From positions 63,798,001 through 63,862,000 of the forward strand of contig NC_083417.1 of assembly GCF_020745735.1 (NCBI RefSeq): a stretch of DNA of 64,000 nucleotides, read 5' to 3'. Below, piece by piece: positions 52,040 through 64,000 of the stretch. This DNA is from Hemiscyllium ocellatum. Lineage: Eukaryota. The stretch's first letter is position 1, and the number at the start of each line of letters is the position of its first letter. A program made the translations under genes and the position numbers. Under the pieces are notes generated by a model. That model had not been told where the DNA came from, made no database searches, and saw only the letters and a list, made by a program, of their open reading frames with translations.

Positions 52040-53530
52040 AAGAATCACACAATAACAAGTTACAGTCCAGCAGGTTTATTTGGAAGCACTAACATTCGAA
52101 GTGCTGCTTCTTCATCAAGTGGTTCTGAAGCAGGACCAGCAGACCACAGAATTGATAGCAAAAGATGACTTTGATAAAATGATACATTGCACAAACCGAG
52201 ATTGTTAAGTTGTTCATCTTTTACATTGGATTTTCTGGTTACGGTTCTTTAATATGTAACTCCCAGAACTTATTTTAAACCACATTCTCAAAATAATTTA
52301 AGGTTTCATAATAAAAGCTGACAGCACATCTCAGACAATGCCCTACAGCTGCGAAGTTAGAGTCTGACTGTATCCCAATCTTGAGTCAGACTGGTTCTAT
52401 TCCAAAGCAGAATTTATAAATATAATATTAATTCATTGTCTGCATTGACTGCTTGCAGTTATTGCAATTTAAAGCAAAATAAAACGCATTTTGAAGTTTA
52501 ATTCTGCAAATACAAATTCACCCCATTTACGTATATGTGTGTGGCGTGCAGGAGAGAGAGAGATCATGTGATAGTAGAGGAGCAGAGCAGAAGCTGATAG
52601 CCAACTGCGGTACCCATGAGAATGGCCTCGACCAGGTCATTGGATTCATGTCACACTACATGGGACCACACTCCAACATCGTATATGCACACACACACTT
52701 TAGAATGGATTTGCTGGTTCCATTCTTCTGAGTCACACTCTCACGATCATTTAAAGTTTTACAACAAAGTTGACATCTCAGCTCAGACAAAGCCTTAAAG
52801 GTGTGAGGTACTCACACAGACCCTCTCTCATAAACAAGCTATCTCTCAAATGCACACAGATACAGCTCCGACACTCACACCATGCACGCACCCTCTCAAA
52901 GGCTTATACTCCATCACAGTCACATCCACACTTTACCAAGCTTCCACACACGCAAACACATACTCTCTCACGTACATTACACTCTCATAACCACACTCAC
53001 TCCATCTCCCTCTTCTGCTTATGGGGTGAATTTGTATTTGAAGAATTATATTTGTGGATACATTCTATTTCGCTCAAAATATGCAGAAACTGCAAGTAGT
53101 CAATACAAGCAGTCAATCCATTTAATATTTGTGAACTCCACTTTGGAAATAGAACCAGTCTGACTCAAGAATGCAATACAGACAAACTCTCACCTTACAC
53201 CATTAAGGCTTTGTCTGAGCTGAGATATCACCTTTGTTAAAACACTTTAAATGATCTTGAGAATGTGACTCAGAAGAAGGTCTGAGATTTACATATTAAA
53301 GAATGGAACCAGCAAATTCATTCTAAAAGATTAAATACTGAACAATTTCGCTTTGTTGAATGTATCATTGTACCATTGTAATCTTTTGCTGTAAATTCTG
53401 TGTCTGCTGGTCCTGCTTCACAATCACCTGATAAAAAGCAGCACATCGAAGGCTAGCACTTCTCAATAAATCTGTTGGACTACAACCTGGTGTTGCGTGA
53501 TTTTTAAATTTGTCTCTCTCTGTTGGCAGT
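52040..53530. mobile_element. Penelope family B 3' end with ~500-bp inverted terminal arms
   Basis: 52041-52530 is an inverted copy of ~53015-53530; the centre encodes EQKLIA..GTHENGL..GFMSHY followed by a CA-rich tract. Confidence 0.85.
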
Positions 53531-54129
53531 GGTTGGAAATGGTGCAAGCTCGAATAGAGAAATTGCGAGTTATTCAAGATGAACTAGTGAACTGGTAACA
53601 GTTATGTACAAAATGGCTAACACTCAGACCAGTTAAGGGTAAGGCGAACAGTATTGGTACCTCAAGGAATGATCGACATTGATCAATATGACAAAACATC
53701 TCTGATAGGACGAAAGCTGAACAGACGATCAGAAGTATACCACAACACAATTTCGCCCTTTGGCGTTACTCCTGGAGAGAACAACATCCGAGCAACCCCT
53801 CGACAGGAGGTGGGCGTAAAAGAATGAAGGAACTATGCAGACTATTCCGAGGTAATGTGTTTCGATTTCAGTGCAGTTTTAAAGAAGTAGAGGGTGACTT
53901 GTGTAGTTTCCTTTAACTGCTCACAAGTTGTATTTGGGAAAACTTTGATATTTGGATATTTTTGATACTTGGTATTTTTGATACATTTTAGAATGAAAGA
54001 GTAAATTGATGAAGGTAAAGTGTACTCTGCCTTGCAAAATTCATTCCATTGTGAATAACTGTTGTCTCAGGCAGAGACAAGCAGCAAACCTGATACAAAG
54101 ATTGTTGGCCAGGGAACGCAGTGGCGTGT

Positions 54130-54680
54130 TGAAGTGGCACTTGAACAGGGTGACGCTGGAAAAGTACAGCTAGTCAGGCAGCATCCGAGGACCAGGAGAG
54201 TCGACGTTATGGGCTGAAACCCTTCATTCAAATGCAGCAGGCAACAACAAGCTCCAGATCATTTTTCTGGACAGAACGTAAGTGTTCTGCAAAGCAGTTC
54301 CCCACTCTGAACTTCATCTCTTCCATGTAGAAGAGAACCACGTTTTTGAGTACCAGCATCCACTTGCAAAGGACATCAAACCGTCATTTCTGCCAGGTCC
54401 AACAGGATGCCACCACCAGATATATAGTTCTGCAGCCTCTCTTGCCAGCCCTCCACATGAACAGCTCCCTGCAGGATACCTTGGTCCACTTCTCCTCCAC
54501 TCCAAATGCCATACCACACTCCTCAGTACCTTCCCATGGAATCACAGAAGTTAGAACGCATGTCCTTTTACTTCCTCCATCCTCACTACCCAAGGGCCAG
54601 GACCCACCTTCCAAGTGAAACAGCGATTTACGCACACTTCACTCAATCTAGTCTACTTTCCTTTCTGCTCACCATATCCA
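54130..54680 (+). mobile_element. Penelope family A fragment with inverted terminus
   Basis: 54130-54235 is an inverted terminus; the body is homologous to 12550-12900. Confidence 0.72.
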
Positions 54681-56419
54681 ACAGTGAGGAAAATCGGTTG
54701 CACATTTACAACTCCACTCAAACAGGATTCTACTTCAGGATGTATTTCATTCATATCATTAGTCATAACCACATAGATATTTTCCATTATTATCAAACTT
54801 TATTAACCTCAGCTCCTCTTCCATTGTTCTTCTTCTTCCAGAACACTGAATACCTTTGAATATACAGAAGCCAGACTTGGTCACTCTGTAATTGCTATCA
54901 ACTTATATTCAGTTGTTGCTATTTATTTTGTCAACTCGTCTATCACGTTCGTTTTGTGAGGCTGCCTGACTCTCACACACTCACCATGGTAAAATGCTTG
55001 CCAGTACTAAATTAGCGACTCATGCATGAATTTAAATTATACTGTGACTTCAAGTTGATGGTCCATTATCACCTTTCGATCTTTTTGAGTTGAGCTAGGA
55101 ATGTTGACTTTTTAGATTTCTTGTATCATTATGTTCTTCGACTTATTCTAGTTTTCCATTTTTTCTTCAACCTGTCCACATACTTTATATTTCAAGGATT
55201 TTGTTCATTGGGGTGAGGAAGTTGCTGTTAGATCATATTAAATCCTAAATTGTCCTGATTTACTGCATTCAGCTCCAGCCAGTGGACATGCGTTTCACTT
55301 GTGATTTTTGTTTGGAAGGTTGTAACACCTTGTCGGCTATTACACATGCGTCACATCCTGACATTTCCAAACTTTTCTTTGGATTTTGAAACTACACGCT
55401 GCATGAACCAAATGACTTGCACCAGAATCAGTCTCATTTCATGGCATCAAAATTCATAGAAACGTTCTCTCATGACACAAAATTTTAAATGTACTATCCA
55501 TGTCTAAAAATCAATTTCAATGTCCAGTTCACCTTATGCCACTTCATTTCTCTTGCTAACTTCTCAATCATTCTTTTCCTCCCAATGTATAAGTCGGGCC
55601 TTTCGAAAGTTAAACATTCCCTGACTGGATTTCATGACCAGGATTTCCCCATTTTCAGCAATTGCAATATTTACATGTTTTGTCAGTATTTGCTATCACT
55701 CTTATGAAATACTTTTCGTCTCTTCATGCTCAAAATTTTATGTTCCAGTTCTCTTTTCATCTTCTTTCCCGCGTCCACTCTATTCATCCCACACTCTATC
55801 ACAAGCTTATATAAGAACAGAAAACATGGGCGCAGAATTAAGTCGTTGATATGATAAACTTCAACTTCATTTTTCTGCTTTTTTCCTCTATGTGTTGGTA
55901 CACATACTGATTTTAAAACCTGCCTATGTCAGTTTTGAATCTATTTCAGCAAATATCTGGTTTACAAATCCAAAGATTCACTGCCAACTAGTACAAGAAA
56001 TTCACCCGAATCTCAGTCTTAACTGAGCATCTCTTTACCCTGAGATTATGTGCACAGACCCCATATTCTCTCAAGAAGTGAAACAGCATCTCCAGATGTA
56101 CCCTTAAAGTTCCTAAAGAATCATTTTTGTCATAAGGTATTCTTCTAACTTCCGAAGAGTAAGTTGGGTCTGTACTCAATCCCTCCTCATCATAAAGTCC
56201 CTCCAAACATGGATAAAAATGGAGAACCTTTACTCAATTGCCTCAACGTGACAAATCTTTCCCTCGATCAGGAGACCAAAACTGTTCACTATATTCCAGC
56301 TATGGTTTAACCCTTGCTTTTATATTTTTAGCACGAACTCCTTCTTCTTTATAATCCATTGTCTTGAAAGGTGCTGTGTTTTCTCTCTTGTTCAAGCAGG
56401 TTTAACTGTCACTCAATCT

Positions 56420-56610
56420 TAACTGACTCCAATACCTCTCTTGGAGTAACAGTTCTTTCTTGGATTTGACAAAGCCCAAATGCTGGTCTAGTCGTTCAAT
56501 TATCTTTGCCTTCCTGGCTCTGGATTGTAATACATTTGCTAAGTCGATCAGTCTGGCTTTTGTTATCGCTTGAACATTTGTCAAGGATTTCTCAACTGCA
56601 ATAGCATTCA
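56420..56610 (-). mobile_element. Possible Gypsy gag N-terminal remnant
   Basis: ITKARLIDLA...RKAKIIERLDQHL peptide; family call from recall only. Confidence 0.4.
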
Positions 56611-57554
56611 TCTACTTCCAAAGCCAAATCATTTTCGAATACTGAGGCTGGTATCTGTCCTTAATGACTTACCCTACCTCCAGATGCAATTTTACATTAT
56701 CATCATTCAACATATGCTGGTGGAGACTCCCCAGATCTTTGTCACAGCTGAACTGGATACACTGCACCAATAATTACATCCCCACTCTGAAGCAAAGCAA
56801 ATCAGATGGTTGTTGCTAGGTTTAACTCAAACGTCAGAATTGATATCAGAAAATGAAAAAATAACACATTCTCCTTCTAACCTTCCAACAGGCTAAGTGA
56901 ACGATTTGATTGATACCCTTGACTGCAAGAAAACAGATTGCTTTGTACGTAAACACGCTGAAGCACTATCTCTGATGCTATATGGTCTAGACACTGACGG
57001 ATCTGTCAGATAATAAGTCCTACTTCATGAACATGGAACAGGTACATTACAGGATAAGCAGGAAAACTAACATTTAATGATTGATTTTAGATCAGTTATA
57101 ATCACATTTTGAAGTTGATTAAACTAATATTTGGCTTAAGAGTGACCAATGTAGATCTTGATGGTCCAGCATCATGTGGTCGTGCACTTAATTTCATTTG
57201 ACAAAAAAAAATGAACCATGGGGTTGAAACAGGGTAACGGCGATAATCTAATGCTTAAAGTTACATCTTTGGTTTACAGTTTGAGAAGGGTATATATGAT
57301 TTCAGATCCATGGATCCAAGGTTGAATAATTCCAAACTCATTGCCCTTTATCAAGAAATTAGAGCAACTGCATTCTTCTACCTTTTATTCCTCGAAGTTT
57401 AACGATTAATTAAACACAACCTTTGCATGATTTTTTTCACATATGTATTTAGGTTCCTTATTGTTAATCCTTCTATCCTTTCAGATTGACTTTTTCAGAA
57501 ATTAGTAAACTATTAATAGACATAAGTTGAAGGATGTCAACCTTGGATCCTAAG

Positions 57555-60500
57555 TGTACATAAGATTGGAGAGACAGTTAGAGGCAATGAGGAAATTACA
57601 AGAGCATGGGGGTGTGATAGATGGCAGCTGTAGGAAGGGAGAGAAGTTTCAGATACAGTCACATAGAAGGGGTAACTCCAGGAAAAGTAAGAGAGTGTTG
57701 GAAAATAAAGGGGGTGATTCTCAGGGGGGCGTAGCATGAACAGGCACATTTCTGGTATTGAGCCTGGCTCTATTGCAATGAGGGGTAGGTCGGGTTCCAA
57801 GAGATCAATTGTAATAAGGGACTCTCTAGTCCGATGTACAAAGAAATGTTTCTGTGGCCAGCAGTGAAAAATCAGAATGGTGTGTTGCTTCCCTGATGCC
57901 ATCATCAAGGATGTCACAGAGAGGGTGCAGAATGTTTTCAAGGAGAGGAGGACCAGCAGGACATTATTATATACAGTGGAACCAATGACATAAGAAGGGA
58001 AAAGGTTGAGATTCTGAGGGGATATTGCAGAGAGTTAGGCAGGACTTTAAAAAGGAAGTCCTCGGGAGTAGTAATATCTTGATTACTCCTGGGGCTACGA
58101 GGTAGTGAGGGCAGGAATAGGAGGATAGAGCAGATGAATGCAAGGCTGAGCAGCTCGTATATAGGACAAGGATTCACATTTTTGGATCATTGGAATCTCT
58201 TTTGGGGTAGAAGTGACCTGCACAAAACGGACGGATTGCACCTAAATTGGAAGGGGACTAATATACTGTAATGGTGATTTGTTAAAGCTACTCGGGTAAA
58301 TTTAAGCTGGTAAATTGGCAGGGTGGGATCCAGGGAGATGGTGAAGAAAGAGATCAATCTGAGACTCGTACAGTTGAGAACAGAAGCGAGTCAAACAGTC
58401 AGTGCAGGTCGGTACAAAGCAGAGAACAAGGGAGGACTGATAAATTAAACAACATTTATTTCAATGCAAGGGGCCTAACAGGGAAGGCAGATGAACTCAG
58501 GGCATAGTTGGGAACATGGGACTGGGATATCGTAGCAATTACAGAAACATGGCTGAGAGATGGACAGGCCTGGCAGCTTAACTTTGAAGGATACATATGC
58601 TAAAGGAAGGATAGAAAGGGAGGCAAGAGAGGAGTGGTGTTTTTGATACGGGATAGCATTACGGAGAGGATATTCCCAGAAATATATCCAGGGAAGTTAT
58701 TTGTGTGGAACTGAGAAATAAGAAGAGGATGACCACCTGACTGGGATAGTGTTATAGACATCCTAATAGTCAGAGGGAAATTGAGAAACAAATTTGTAAG
58801 GAGATCTCAGTTATTTGTAAGAATAATGGAGTGGTTATCGTGGAGGTTTTTAAATTTCCAAACAGAGACTGGGACTGCCATAGTGTGAACAGCTTAGATG
58901 GGGAGGAATTTGTTAAGTTTGTACAAGAAAATTTTCTGATTCAGTTTGTGGATGTACCTACTAGAGAAGATGCAAAACGTGACCTACTCTTGGGAACTAA
59001 GACAGGGCAGGTGATTGAGGTGTCAGTGGGGGAGCATTTTGGGGCCGGCGATCAACTTCTATTAGTTTTAAAGTAGTGATGGAAAAGGTTAGACCAGATC
59101 TAAAAGTTGAAGTTCTAAATTCGAGAATGGCCAATTTTGACTGCATGAGGCAAGAGCTTTCAAAAGTTGATCGGGGCAAATTACTCACAGGTAAAAGGAT
59201 GGCTGGAAATTAAGAAGCCTTCAGACATGAGATAATGAGAGTCCAATGAAAGTGCATTCCTGTTAGGGAAATAGGATAGACGAGTAGGTATAGGGAATGC
59301 TGGATGACTAAAGAAATTGAGGGTTTGGTTAAACAAAAGAAGGAAGCAAATGTCAGGTATAAACAGGATAGATCGAGTAAATCCTTAGAAGACAATAGGA
59401 GTATACTTAAGAGGGAAGTCAGGAGGGCAAAAAGGGGACATGAGATCGCTTTGGCAAATAAAGTTAAAGAGAATTCAAAGCGTTTTTACAAATATATTAA
59501 ACACAAAAGGGTAACTCGGGAGAGAATAGGGCCCCTCAAAATCAGCAAGGGAGCTTCTTTGAGGAGCCGCAGAAAATTGGGGAGACACTAAACGAGTATT
59601 GTGCGTCAGCATTTATTTTGGAAAACGACATGGAAAATATAGAATGCAGGGAAATAGATGGTGACAGCTTGAAAAATGTCAATATTACAGAAGAGGAAAT
59701 GCATGGATCTGACGAAATACAGGGATTACTAGCCAATTGGATACAGAACTGTCTTCAAGATAGATGACAGAGGGTGGGGTGGAGGGTTGTTTTTCATACT
59801 GGAAGCCTATGACTAGTGGAGTGCAACAAGGATCGGTGCTGGGTACCCTACTTTTTGTGATTTGGATGAGCGCAAAAGAGGTATGCTTAGCAAGTTTGCA
59901 GATCACTCCAAAATTGCAGGTGTAGTGGACAGCGAAGAAGGTTACCTCAGATTAAAACGGGATCTTGATCAGATGGACCAATGGGCTGAGAAGTAGCAGA
60001 TAGAGTATAATCTAGATAAATGCGAGGTACTGCATGTTGGGAAAGCAAATCTTAGCAGGATTTATACACTTAATTGTAAGGTCCTAGGGAGTGTTGCTGA
60101 ACAAAGAGACCTTGGAGTGCAGGTTCATAGCTCCTTGAAAGTGAAGTCACAGGTAAATAAGACTGTGAAGAAGGAAGTTGGTATGCTTTCTTTTACTGGT
60201 CAGAGTGTTGAGTACATGAGTTGGGAGGTCAAGTTACAGCAGTACAGGCCATTGGTTATGCCATTGTGGGAATATTGCGTGTAATTCTGGTCTCCTTCCT
60301 ATTGGAAAGATGTTTAAGAACTTGAAAGGTTTCAATAAAGATTTGCAAGGATGTTGCCAGATTTGGAGGATTTGAGCTATGGGAGAGGCTGAACAGGCTG
60401 GGGCAACTTCCCCAGAGCGTTGGTGGTTCAGGGGTGACCTTATAGAGATCTACAAGATCATGAGAGACAAGGATAAGATAAGTAGACTTTTCCCTGGGGT

Positions 60501-60803
60501 GGGGGTGTCCCAAACAATAGGATATAGGTTTAGAGTGAGAGGGGAAAGATACAAAAGTGATCTTAGGGACAGCTTTTTCATGCAGAGGGTGGTATGTTAA
60601 GGAATGAGCTGCCATAGGAGGTGCTGGAGGCTGGTATAATAGCAACATTTAAATGGTATTTGCATGGGTATATGAATAGGAAGGGTTTGGAGGGATATGG
60701 GCCAGGCGCTGGTAAGTGAGACTAGATTGGGTTGGGATATCCAGTCAGCATGGACGGTTTGGACCGAATGTCAGCTTTCATTCTGTTCATCTCTATGACT
60801 CTA
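57555..60803 (+). mobile_element. Long degenerate CR1 LINE: ORF1 esterase, APE endonuclease and RT, with an internal deletion near 59700
   Basis: GDSLVR (~57819), YFNARGL (~58457), RT C-terminus and CTATGACT tail; splits the triplicated module. Confidence 0.93.
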
Positions 60804-61829
60804 CGTGAATTTGTCTCTTTAACAATGATGTAAAGAATACTTGTAATATAATTTACCTTAGCTAAAAGTCGTAAAGTGAAAATAACAAAATTTAATACGT
60901 AGATGGCCTCTGGGCCAACTTAAAGAATCAGTAGAGACAGTAGGAGGTGATAACATTCAAATTCCATAATCCTTAAGAGCCAATTGGAAATTGAGTTTGC
61001 ATCCATCGAGATAAGATACATGAAAGGTAGAAGCAGTATTTGGCCATTTGAAGCTGCATCACCATTCAATTTTATCGTGACTGGTAATCAAGCCTAGTCT
61101 CTTGATCCTCCCCTCCCCTCCATCCCTTGATCCCCTAAGCCACGGCAGCTCTGTCTACCTCCTTATTGAAAGTGCATGATGTTTTCACCTCAACCATTTT
61201 CTGTGGTAGCAAATTCCACAGGGTCAACACTCTCCGGGTGAACAAATTTATCTTCGTCTCAGTTACTTCCAGTCATCTCATTTTTGTCTATTCTGATTGC
61301 TTAAGCCAATTCGTAAGAGGTCTTGCTCATCCGAGGCCAATCAGAATACAATGATGGAATTCAGCATGTTGTATGTTTTTTTTTGTGGCTTGGAAACGGT
61401 TATAAAACTAAAGCTTTTGAAGTAAAGGCACGCTTGAGAGTTTCAAATTATACTGCTTCGAGTTGGACATGTTCTTCAGGCATTGGAGAGACACTGAGAA
61501 ACCAAGTGTCAAACTGCACCATAAGCAGAATCAGCGATCAAGAGCCCAAATATCTGTAAAGTCACTGTCCTGCTTTAATAGGTAGTATTTATAACCTAAG
61601 TCAAAGTTACCTGAGTTATTGCAGAAAACTGCTTCTTGTTTCCTTATTTGACTGTAAACCCCTGAAATTTGCAAAACATCTGCCTGTGGTATACAATTTC
61701 AGACGTTTAGGTGAACACAAGACCGGGGAAATCGCTTCAGTGGTCAAAGGCATTCAACCACGGATCTTCAGTTGAACATCCTCCAAAGCAGACTTCAGGA
61801 CATGTGGCAATGCGAGTTGCTGAATAGAG

Positions 61830-62345
61830 GCTGACAATCATGTTCAGTATCCATGAGGGCAGCGTCAACCCGGATATTAAGTTCATATCACACTACAGAT
61901 TACCTGACCACACCATACACACAATGATATGCACCGGCACATGCACACGCTCACTCTCTCACGCACACACAAAAATGGACCCTCTCTCATACACAAAACA
62001 CATTCACACTCATCCTTTCTCACACAAACGTACTCCCACACACTCACTCACGCTCTGTGCCAAGAACACGCACACTCACGTGCATGCTCTCACAAAAGAA
62101 ATACTCCAACACAGTTACACACACTCCATCTCTCAAGCACACACTCTCTCAAGAGCATGTGCACATGCTCCTACACAAACACACACACGCACACCCCACA
62201 CTCTCTCCATCAAACACACCCTCTCACACACAAGTTCACTCTCTCTCTCCATCACATACGCATGCACACGCAGGTATAAATCTATGGGGTGAATTTGCAT
62301 TGGCAGATTTGTATTTGTAGATGCACTCTATTTTGTTCAAAAACC
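61830..62345 (+). mobile_element. Penelope family B 3' tail with CA-rich tract
   Basis: catgagggc...ttcatatcacactaca plus CA-rich tract plus tatggggtgaatttg. Confidence 0.78.
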
Positions 62346-62349
62346 ACGC

Positions 62350-63770
62350 AAAGAAGGAGTCAGGAAGGTTGATGAGGCCAGAGCGGTAGACATCATCCAA
62401 ATGATTTCAGTAAGGCCTTTGATAAGATTCCGAGTGGCAGGCTGCTTTGGAAGAATAGATTATATGGAATCCAGAGGGAGTTGGAAAATTAGATACTCAA
62501 TTGACTTGATGGTAGGAAGCACAGGGTAATAGTGGAAGGATGTTTGTTTTACTGGAGGCCTGTAACTAGTGGTGTGCCTCAGGTGGGGGTGCTGGGCCCA
62601 TTGGTTTTGTTGACTATATTAATGATTTTTGGTAAGAATGTACAAGGCATGATTAATAGGTTTGTAGATGACATTAAAATAGTGTTATTATGCACAGGGT
62701 GGAAGGTTATCAGAAAATGCAGCAGGATATTGATCAGTTGGGGAAATGGGCCAAGAAATGGCAAATGAAGATTAATATGGATAAGTGTGAGGCGTTGCAT
62801 TTTAGAAAGTCAAATCAAGGTACGAGTTTCATGGTGAATGGTTGAGCCTTAAGGAGTGTAGTGGAACGGGGGAACTTGGAACTCAAGTTTCACAGTTCTC
62901 TGAAAATGAAGTCATGGGGAGACAGGGTAATGAAGAATGCTTTTGGCACACTTGCCTTCATCAGTCAAATCATTGAGTATAGACGTTCGAAAGTTATGTT
63001 GCAGTTGTATAGGACATTAGTGAGACGGTGTTTGGAGTATTGTGTTCAGAATTGGTTACCTTGCTGTAGGAAGGATGCTATTAAACTGGAAATCGAGTAG
63101 AAGAAATTTACGAGGACGTTTCTAGGACTCAACTGTCTGAGTTATAGGGAGAGTTTAGACAAGGTATGGCATTTTTCTTTCAAGCACAGGAGACCTAGGG
63201 GCAATCTTTTAGAAGTGTATAAGGTTGTGTGACGCATGGGTAGGGTGAATGTATTCAGTCTTTTTTTTCCAGGGTTGGATAATCGAGGACTACAGAGCAT
63301 CACTTTAAGTTTACAGGAGAGAGAATAAAAGGGAACCTGAGGGGCAACATTTTTACACAGAGGGTAGTAAGCAGATGGAGTGAGCTGCAAGTGAAAGTTG
63401 TTCTGGTGTATACATTAACAACATTTAAAATGTAGATCGATAAACACATGGATAGGAAAGGTGTAGAAATATCCACTTTACTCTGGGATAGTGAAATCCG
63501 CTGATTCATGATCTTTAGAGAGAAATAAAAAGGGACTATAAAGCAACTCTTGAATAGGTACATGGAAGATAGTACAATGAAGGGCATATATTAAAGTAGG
63601 ATAAAAGGTCAGCACAACATCGAGGGCTGAATGGTCTTTACTCTGTCATACAGTTCTATTTTCTATAAGGATAGGTGTCAAGTGCGAGGAAGTGGAGTTA
63701 GTGTAGATGGACATTTTTTTGTGGCATGGATCAGTTTGGACCAAAAGGCCTGTCTCCATGTTGTAGGACA
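62350..63770 (+). mobile_element. Degenerate CR1 3' fragment
   Basis: DFSKAFDKI, FVDDIK and LVRRCLEYCVQ motifs. Confidence 0.88.
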
Positions 63771-64000
63771 CTGTAACTATTTATACACAGTCAGTCAGTG
63801 TGGCATTTTATAAATTCCCACTGTGGAAATAAAACCAATCTGGCTGCAAATTGAAATACAAACAGACTTGAAACGTAGCCTCACACCTAAAATGTATTGT
63901 CTGACTTGATGTATGACCTTTATTCTGATCAAGTCTGAATTTATCTTGGAGTAGTAACTTAAAAGAAATTCTGGGACTTCCATATTAATCAATCGAAAGC

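Larger units (their letters stand above)
57270..64000. repeat. Local segmental-duplication module, copy C (interrupted by CR1 and Penelope insertions, runs off the window)
   Basis: The flanks of CR1 57555-60803 rejoin to match copy A near 29990-30070. Confidence 0.75.

Noticed and set aside
1-64000. Prokaryotic-type systems (CRISPR arrays, operons, rRNA or tRNA genes)
   Set aside because: None seen; tRNA-like boxes occur only within SINE heads.

Overview
Eukaryotic genomic DNA, not prokaryotic. It is inferred to come from a cartilaginous fish (shark), judged from its CR1, V-SINE/HE1-type and Penelope repeat families. One assembly gap lies at 11324-11465. The window holds part of a cluster of non-rearranging Ig-superfamily receptor genes. 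One gene is complete on the minus strand (43949-49338, 7 exons, 375 aa by hand splicing): leader, V domain with a germline-fused J-like strand, C1 domain, uncharged TM, and a tail with two tandem pairs of ITIM/ITSM-like tyrosine motifs. A paralog (leader-V-C1, 28-1611) runs off the left edge. Between the two genes lie an inverted V pseudogene, three orphan or decayed ITIM-exon sites (~10.6, ~17.9 and ~34 kb), and a triplicated 3-7 kb module carrying relic exons. Most remaining sequence is retroelement DNA: many CR1 copies and three Penelope-like families whose termini carry minimal hammerhead ribozyme motifs, including a ~99% identical 345-bp hairpin insertion with a target-site duplication. 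Exon models, alignments and family assignments were made by eye; no database search was run.
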